Below are positions 55,228-64,000 of a stretch of DNA of 64,000 nt, piece by piece. Made by a program: the position numbers and the translations under genes. Where the stretch lies: positions 54,994,001 through 55,058,000 of the forward strand of contig OZ024742.1 in the NCBI GenBank assembly GCA_964016885.1, given 5' to 3'. Under the pieces are notes generated by a model that was given only the letters and a program-made list of their open reading frames with translations, had not been told where the DNA came from and made no database searches. The DNA comes from Eledone cirrhosa (Eukaryota). How positions within the stretch are numbered: the first letter of the stretch is position 1; each line of letters begins with the position of its first letter.

Positions 55228-56294
55228 ATGTCCTTTTGAAAAAGAAACAGTGACATGAATGTATACAGCAGCTGAATTAATTAATAGAAGCAAACGTAAG
55301 TCAGTAGTATGATCGTCTAGAAATGATACCACGTAAAATAGCTTTGATGAATCAAGCAACCATTATCACCAGTTGAGTATTATGGCTATAAGTATACAAT
55401 CTCTAATTATACTACAACTAACATTATAACCCAAACGTGTAAACAAACTAAACATACTGACCACGAGACAATCCAAATCCGTAATCCCAAACAATGCCAT
55501 CTCTAATACGGTTTTATTTTCCAATATAGTGCACACAAATAGCGTATTCAGTAGAAATAAAATATATCTGTATTTAGGTGCAGCTTTAAGGAAAGATGGT
55601 ATTATAATGGAGACCTGTTTACATAAAGAGAAGAAACTACACAACTTTATTCGAATTAATTTGGGAATTGAATGAGGAAAAAACGGTGAATATTCAGTAG
55701 AATTGTCAATTATAATATCAATATAATGGAGGTGATAGCATCTGCAATTTATGTACAGCATGAAGTGTGGAGATTATAAAAAACGAACCCGACCTCATAA
55801 ATCTGAAATGTGATATCTTTAGCACATCTAAATACCCATTATCGAAAACATTCTCAAGTCTTTACAAATATAAAATGCATACAAAACAATTAAGATAGTC
55901 GAATAATGAGAGGATTTTCCCACCATTCATTTCACACCATTAGATCTATAAAATGCAAAGATACCACGATAAGAACATTATTAATTATCTGTTAGTAAAT
56001 ACCCAAACCTACACAAAGAAGAATCTAAATTATACGATATATGATTACCTTAATAAACATTAATCCTCTCTATATCAACCATATATTATTTATTAGCAAC
56101 AATTAGTTTATATCTGTCAAGATCGTAGACTTCATGAACTCCACAATCATCAACAGTTCCAAAATTCTATGTACATACATATTCTAACGACTATGTAACA
56201 GAAATACACATGAACAATCTTAAACTTGAAGTTAACTCTGTAAACTAGAAATATGATAGTTACAGTGACTGCATTTATTGACAACTAATAATGG

Positions 56295-56495
56295 TCTATA
56301 GGCCAGCAATTTTAGGTAGGGAAAAGTCGATTAAATCGACCCCACTGCGTATCTGGTACTTTATTTTATCGACCCCGTAAGGATGAAAGGCAAATCTAAT
56401 GTCAGCGGGATTTGAATTCAGAAAGTAAAGGGCCGTAACGCTATGTGGCAAGCATAGTGTCCGACGCTCTGCCGACACTGCCAATCCACCGCCCT
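56295..56495 (-). mobile_element. SINE copy (same family as 20220)
   Basis: ctggtactttattttatcgaccccgtaaggatgaaaggcaaa...gggatttgaattcag is the reverse complement of the SINE core. Confidence 0.85.
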
Positions 56496-57559
56496 ACTAA
56501 CACCTAATAATAAAGGTAAAGTTTACATTACTAACTTATAAGTAATACTCGTGTGTTTATTTGCTCACACATCCATTAATCTCATCTCTATTATATATCT
56601 ATTTAATCTCTACATTATCACTATCCTCTTTCTATTGTATTACTCTAATTTTGATAATATATTTTTGATCATTAATATATCATGCTATACTTCACTATAG
56701 TATGTTTCAACTATATCCTTATATGTATTACATCATTTACACTAATCTTCTCCATTATTTAAAAAAATTATTATCTGTTCGTAACTATACCCATATTTAT
56801 GATTAAATTATTTTATTATTTCTTTTCTATTTTTCTTTTTTTTTATTCATTACACTTTTATTTATTTATTGACGTTTTATCTTAATTATGTAATTTGTCA
56901 TTCATTTCTATATTATTTTATTTCCTTTCGGTTATTTTTACAATTCATACCATTGTTCTTTTTATTCATACCCATTGTCTTATAGTGTGCCTTTTAATTT
57001 GTTTACTTAAACGTATATATGTTGATTTCACCCAGCATCTTCTTCCAGCATAAGCACAATTAACAAGGGAATTCTTCTAATAGATAACGTCAATATCGGT
57101 AAAGTGTTATAGACACGGAATTGTCGTCAGGCCATGCGGAAACAAAGATAAACTAAATCACGCAGCCACAGTTCATGTTAATTACCATCAGTTCATAACC
57201 TCTCGTCTCAATCAAAGTCAAATATCAGAAACATACACGCACAAGAATCCACATGGTGTAGTAGGAGTAAGGCAGACATACAACGAGTATACACTACACC
57301 CACTACATTTTTAAAAACGATGACTACGACATATACAAGCAGTGGTCGACAGAAAGGCATATGTTAAAATGACTGCGTAATGATATAACAACATTACTTA
57401 CGCCTAACAAAGGATTTTCTGTATATTAGAGATTACGTAACTACAACAAATCGTATAGGGAAACAGCAATTATACATCATGTAATAAAATGAAAATCTCC
57501 TATATAAGTCTGTATTGTTAGAATGTGACATAGATCGATCTGCTGTAATTAGTTCCGGT

Positions 57560-57670
57560 GATTAAAGTTCAAATCAAACCCATGGAATTCAATTTTGCCT
57601 TTCATCCAACCGGGGTCGATATAATAATGTATCAAAATTGCTGGCCTTGTGACAAAATTAGAAACAATTA
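57560..57670 (+). mobile_element. SINE fragment
   Basis: gttcaaatc...ttttgcctttcatccaaccggggtcgat...gctggccttgtg. Confidence 0.7.
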
Positions 57671-59934
57671 TTTAATATGCATTCCAGCAGTAGTTTATTC
57701 TACATTTCCTTTTAAATTATTCTTCATACGATTCCCAGTGGTGCATATTAACTTATATAGTGCATCACTTATGTTCTCCTAAATTAAATTTAACTCACAA
57801 CTTTTAAATTTTAGCATGTTATAATTATATTTTGTTATTCAAATAACTAGGGAAATGATATCGATAATTATATTTGTGTTATTTAGTTAAATTTTAATTA
57901 TAAATACGAAGCTCAATAATGTTTTTACTTGTGTCTTTCATTTTATCACATATTTAATCAAATAACGGTTTATTTGTTCCAATGTCTTTACCTCCGCCTG
58001 GCTAACAATATGTGTAAGTTTGTCCTCATGTGTTGGATGTTTATAATTGTTGCTATTCATAATGCAAAATAGTTATCTGTGTTATTTTATCAACATTTCA
58101 CTAATTATTTATTAATGTGATCAGTCGATTATAATATTTTACTTTGGAAATATACGTCCCGCATAGAATGTACACAAATTTGGATTATTACATCCTGATA
58201 CGTCTCAATTGTGATCAAAGATTCACAGATTTTACATATTCTATGTCAGCAATATCATTCTGGCAGTAGTATTTAAACTGAGGGCTCTATAATTACCATT
58301 TCTAGTAGGTCGAGCAAACAAAGAGATACCTGCATCTTTCACCGTCGTTCACCTGGTAATTCATATCAATCAATATGTACTAAACAGTATATAATTTAGA
58401 TTTTGTCTTAACTCTTGGGCTTTTCAAATATGATGTCCGTCATTTCCTACTTAACGTAATAAAAAAAAGCACAAATATATGCATGTATACGGAACTTCAT
58501 TTACCATGGGCTGTTTCTGGATTCGATCACACCTCTAGGCAGCTCGAGCAAGTATCTTCGATTATAGACATCTGTTTAACGTTGATTTGTAATTGGAATT
58601 TAATAGCATACAATTCTACAGAATTATGTTTCCTTAAGCAGGAAAACAATATCCATATCTGTAATTCACAGGACCAAATCTGTTACAAACTGTGTCATAC
58701 TGAATCACTCTGAGATTTACCCGATGAGTTCACATGTCAGAAGAATGCTCAAGCACTTGCACATACATTTCATGAGCAAGCTGTTCCATTGTCCAAACAA
58801 GCAATCACCTGCCTTCAAGATCGAAGTAGATCCAACACACAGACACAGTAAGAGCGTCTTGAGTTTACCTCTTGACTCTGACCTTTGATTAGTTTACTAT
58901 ATTTTTGAGGTGTTACAGTAGAAAGGAAACATCGTCTTTCGGGGGATTCAGTGACTTAATATAAAAAGACTGAATTAATTATTACAAGCCATTTTAACCG
59001 GTTTTTATTTGGGCCATTAATATTCGATTTGATTAATGTTTTCGAACTACAAATTATATTGGCTACAACCAAATTGTGATTGCCACGAATATGTACGTGT
59101 AATTACCTCATCGAATGTAGAAGAATAAATTGAAAAGCAGAATCTGTGCGAATTAAAATTCATAAAATATAGTGATTCTCTCTGTTAACTTAATATTATT
59201 TTGAACATATTTTTAAACTCTTAGTGTACATCTCGATTATATGAAGAGAATGTAACCCAATGTAATGGAGGGAAAGCACATACCTATAATTACATGTTGA
59301 AAAACCATCCTTACCTTTTTCTGATAACAGTTTGTAATTTAGACTCGAGGAAAAGAATCTATAAGAAAGATAAACATGTGTGTTGAATCACCGCTTTTCA
59401 TATTTTGCATAGATACTGTATTTTAATATATTAGAGCTGTATATACAGTAGAATAGACAGCTCAGTCGTCTAAATAAAGTATCAGACAGAACCGCATCAT
59501 GGAATTGCTTTTAGAAAAAAAAAAGATATATCCCTCAGAGTATTTTTATGGTACAAAATGTCTGCGAAATTCACATTAACAGTATTGATTGATTGGAATA
59601 GAAATTATTTCAAGAATTACAAATATATCTTCCAAAGTTTGTGCCAAGATGTTTATATAATGTTGGTTTACAAACTTCAAAAGCGTTATGTGTTGAGCGT
59701 TTTGTTGATAAATATTAGGTTTCCGAATATACAATTCAGCATATTGTTTATATTTTATATAATATCAGTCTCCGGCGATAATCTTTAATTAAATCCAATA
59801 TTTCCTGGCATTAAAGCTGTCTGGTTGATTGTTTAAATCATTACACAGAATAGCGAATAGGTTAGTTGCGTCATATATAAAGATGAATGTGTAGCTTTAA
59901 ATTACATGTTAAAAAACACATGCGTTGTGTATTC

Positions 59935-61017
59935 AATTATTATTATTGTTGTTCTTTGAGTCTCAGTCATTGATGTTATTTAACTGGAAAGTTTGTTGAA
60001 ATGAATATCAAGTCGCTACCTGCAGCCTCAGATATTCAAGACGTATCGGAGGGTTCCTGCTGTTCCCAGCAAAAATGCCTTTTGAAGTGTTCCAAAAAGC
60101 GGGTCTGGACTAATCTTCTTTAACCATCCTTGGAAACTCTTTGAGATAGTACCTAGTGCGCCTATGACAATCGGGACGACCTTGATTTCATGGCAGGTCC
60201 AAATCCTTTTTACCTCCCACTTTAAGTCCTGGTATCTGTTAATTTTCTCCCTTTCCTTCTCTTGCAGTCTCGTGTCGAATGGGCAGGCTACATCTACAAT
60301 CAGGCACGATCTTTTTTCCTTGACCAAAACCACCAGGTCAGGCCTATTGTGTTCTAATTTCTTGTCCGTCTGTATTCTAGAATCCCATAGCACCTTCACC
60401 TGATCGTTTTCTATCACCGACTCTGGCTTATGCTCATACCACTTCTCAGAATGTGGTAAATTGTTTACTTTGCATAGATGCCAGTGGTTCACCCTGCCTA
60501 TCACATCATGTCTCCAGCCTTTATAGTGAGTCTGAGCTAGATGTTTACACTCGGATACAATGTGAGCCACAGTCTCTCTTTCTCTCCACGGATCCTACAC
60601 AGTAGGCTAGCCTCTTTCTTGAAAATACGGTGTTTCACTCACTTCGTTCTGCCATTAGCATACTTCTGTAGCTTTTTTAAGGTCACCTCTTTTTAACCAG
60701 TTCCATGCCTGTGGATCTCTAAATTCAGTTTCCTTAAAGAAGGTACTATGAAGGGATTTTTCATGAAGATTGCTATTCCTCCTTGTTGTTAATACCTCCT
60801 TGGACATCCCCACGTCTATTGTCTTCTCCTTCTGTACAATTTTGAGCATTGGCTCCCTACTGTCAGTCACGTATGTGTGCAGGTTGTTTTTCTCGATCTG
60901 AACACAGTCCTCTATGCTGATAAGACCTCTTCCACTTTCCGATCTCTTTAAGTAGAGTATATCGGCATCACTGCTCATGTAGAACATGTTGTAGATGGTC
61001 AATAGCTTCCTAGTCTT
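59935..61017 (-). mobile_element. Dong/R4-clade non-LTR 3' fragment with (TAA)n tail
   Basis: LYLKRSESGRGL, HIVSEC, RHD, RPDLV, VDVACPFD, KINRYQDL, VPIVIGALG. Confidence 0.9.
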
Positions 61018-61040
61018 TATTACTATTATTATTATTATTA

Positions 61041-63655
61041 CAGTTGCGTTTATCTTGCTTTATGTTCATACGAGTTATCACCAAGTCACAACCAGTGACC
61101 TCAAGAGACAACAAGGTCCGCCATGTTCAAGAAAGAACATACATACTCACACATGCATCTTTAGTGTTTAGACTTGTGATGTACTTATATTGACAGAATC
61201 TTCCTTAGTATATGGGCAGTTCCCATTGGTACTATCTTTTGTATTTCTATACGCGGGTTTCCTGGGATTTGCGATAAGTAATCATTAGACCCCTTAGGTA
61301 TCATTCCCAGAGCGCCTACAACCACTGGTATTATTTTAGTTCTCAATTTCCACATTTTTCCAATTCTATCTCCAGGTCCTTATACTTGCTCAATTTTTCA
61401 AATGTTTTTGTAGATACATTCTTGTCTATTGGAACAGACATATCAATTAGCAAGAATACCCTCTTTTTGAAGTCCTTCAATATTATATGAGGTCTATTTG
61501 CATCTATTTTTCGGTCTGTTTAGATGCTAAAGTTCCACAAGATTGAGATGTGATCTTTTTCAAGTATGGGAGGTGGTTGATGCTCCCACCAATTCTTTTG
61601 ATGGGGCAGGTCAAAATGCTTACACATTATCCAATGTATGTATTGTGCAGCTCTGTCATGCCTGTTTAGGTATTCGGTTGGAGCTATAGGACTGCACATT
61701 GAAATTATATGGTCAATGGTCTCTGGTTGTTTTTTGCATACACGGCATAATGGGCTGCATCCATTTTTTATTATGTTGCCTTGGTAATTTTTTGTTGGCA
61801 GACACTGATCTTTTGCTGATATAATCAGTCCTTCAGTCTCCGATTTCAGTCCAGAGGATGCCAACCACTGATGGGTTAAAGTTTTGTCAACATCAGGATT
61901 GTTAGCTCACTCTGGGTATTTTCCATACAGTGGCTTTTGTTGCCATGTCTTAGCCAGTTTCTTTGCAGTTACTTTTACCTGCTTTGCTTTTTCTGTGTTT
62001 TCCATTTCAGCAGTAAATGGGACTTCTGAAATTTGTAGTCCATTATTGTATCTTTGTGCATATTTTGTAATGGAATATGATCTTTTGATGCTTTCGTGTT
62101 TCAAAACGAGTTTGATCATCCAATCATGTGATTCCCTTAGATATGTAGACAATCCAATTGTTGCAGTTTTCAACGCAATGTCTAACTAGATTAACCCACG
62201 TCCTCCTTATTTCCTAGGGAGATATATTCTATCTATATCTGCCTTAGGGTGATGCATTCTTTGCATGGTTAAGAATTTTCTAATTTTTGTATCGAGCCTA
62301 CGGATCTCTGTGCTTGACCAGTTGATGACATTGTAACTGTAGGTTACTACTGGTATGGCAAGCGTGTTTATGGCATCGATCCTATTCCTTGCATTCAATT
62401 CCGTTCTTAAGATTGCTCTTACTCTGCGGTAACATTCCTTCCTTATCCTTTCCCTCATTGTCGAGTGCTTGATTCCGTCTCCTTCACAAACACCTAGATA
62501 TTTGTAAGTTTGTTCTTGATCAAGTTCTCTTATCACGTTCCCCCGATCAAGATTAATGTCTGAACTCTTCAGCAGCTTTCCTCTGGTGAACGTTGCTTTG
62601 GCGCATTTATCTAGTCCAGACTCCATTTTAATGTCATCACTGAACTGCTCCACAGTGGATAATAGACCTTGCAATTGTTCATCATTTTTTGCAAATAATT
62701 TCAGGTCATCCATGTAGAACAAGTGATTAATGGTTTTGTCATAGACTTTATATCCATGTTTTGTTTCATTGAGCATTTTACTTAATGGTATAAGTGCGAT
62801 GCAGAATAAAAGCGGTGATAAAGAGTCACCCTGAAAAATTCAACAATTAATATTAACTTCTCCAGCTTCCAGTGATTTTGTTTCCCTACTCAAAAGGAGT
62901 GTCGTTTTCCATGTCTTCATACTGAATGACAAAAACCTCCTGACAACGGGGGATATTTTGAAAATCTCTAAACATTTTTCAATCCAACTGTGTGGCAAAC
63001 TATCGAATGCTTTTTTATAATCTATCCAAGCAATCGATAGATTTTTGTGTCTATTATAACAATCTTCCAGTATCATTTTGTTAACCAAAAGCTGATCGTT
63101 ACAGCCATATGAGCCTCGTTTACACCCTTTCTGCTCAATGGGAAATAGGTCATTTGTTATCAGGTGGTCATATGTGTATTCAGTTAGTACTGATGTTAAA
63201 ATGTTATACATTGTGGTTATCGGTCTGTAATTTTTGGGATTGTTTGTCCCATCATTCTTCGGAAGCAGGAATGTAATGCCGTTAACTAGCCATGATGGTA
63301 TCTTTTCTGGCTCCTTAACTATTTCATTGTAAAGTTGGGCTAACAGCTCGAGACTCTGTGAAGGCATTTATCCAAAAGTTTTGTATTTTGTCTTTTCCTG
63401 GGGATTTCCATTTGTTGGTTTTTCTTAGAGCCAAGCGCAACTGTTCAACTGTTATATTTTCCCATATTTGTTCCTCAAAGTGAACTGTATCTTTCATTTG
63501 TCTGTCTATCCATGGGGCATGTATGTTATGAACTTTTTCTTCGGCCCAGATCTTTTCCCAGAATTCTTGCACTTCCTCCTTGGGTGGTATTGATTTAGCA
63601 GTTATTGTTGACTTACCAATTTTTCTGTAGAAGTTTCTTTGGTTGTTTTGAACAT
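61041..63655 (-). mobile_element. Dong/R4-clade non-LTR retrotransposon, 5'-truncated and frameshifted, bounded by (TAA)n
   Basis: WKSPGKD, NYRPIT, EQKGC, WIDYKKAFDSLPH, HLFYMDDLK, YKYLG, CRVC..ETIDHIISMC, RHD. (TAA)n at 61018-61040 and 63667-63688. Confidence 0.92.
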
Positions 63656-64000
63656 ATTATTATCCTTATTATTATTATTATTATTATTGGCGACCTACGT
63701 AGGAAATCGTATTATCGTGAGCTCCGCAAAGGTTTGTTATTTCCGTTTGTTTAAAAATTGCCATTTATGGAAAATTTTATTGTTAACTGTTTATAAGCAC
63801 ACATACATTGTTTTCCGAAAAGGACACCCAAAAAGATTGGGGCCTTGTGCCCAAAATTTTAACTTTTATTATTATCCAAAAATTTCTTTGAAAAACATGG
63901 CTAATTCCCCTCTTCACGAAGCAGCTGAAAGCCTTCCTCACAAAATAACACCTCACACCAACACCACCATTGTAAATGTTACTACGTTTGCCAACACAAA

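Overview
AT-rich, repeat-saturated animal genomic DNA. The SINE and LINE families resemble those of octopod cephalopods (inference). No host protein-coding gene is recognisable. The main result is that the two near-perfect 'satellites' at 1-15333 are tandem arrays of hammerhead-ribozyme (HHR) units, i.e. retrozyme-like copies of putative circular RNAs. One is a 615-bp unit (about 15.7 copies) with an atypical U3-A8 type I HHR that has a ~78-nt stem II and a true stem III. The other is a 310-bp unit (5.5 forward plus 12 inverted copies) with a minimal HHR that has a palindromic stem III. The arrays end in (TA)n tracts, two of three ends at internal ATATAT microhomologies, and the 310-bp inversion breakpoint lies 6 nt from the predicted cleavage site. 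This fits rolling-circle reverse transcription primed by the microsatellite (inference). A nearly intact Penelope-like element (RT + GIY-YIG, 43123-46260) inserted in (TA)n is a candidate helper. About eight more dispersed HHR motifs occur, including a diverged, structurally covarying relative of the 310-bp unit near 54 kb. The remainder is degenerate RTE, CR1, I/Jockey-like, Tx1 and Dong/R4 LINEs, SINEs, a small Helitron and microsatellites. All RNA folds were derived by eye and need computational and biochemical confirmation.
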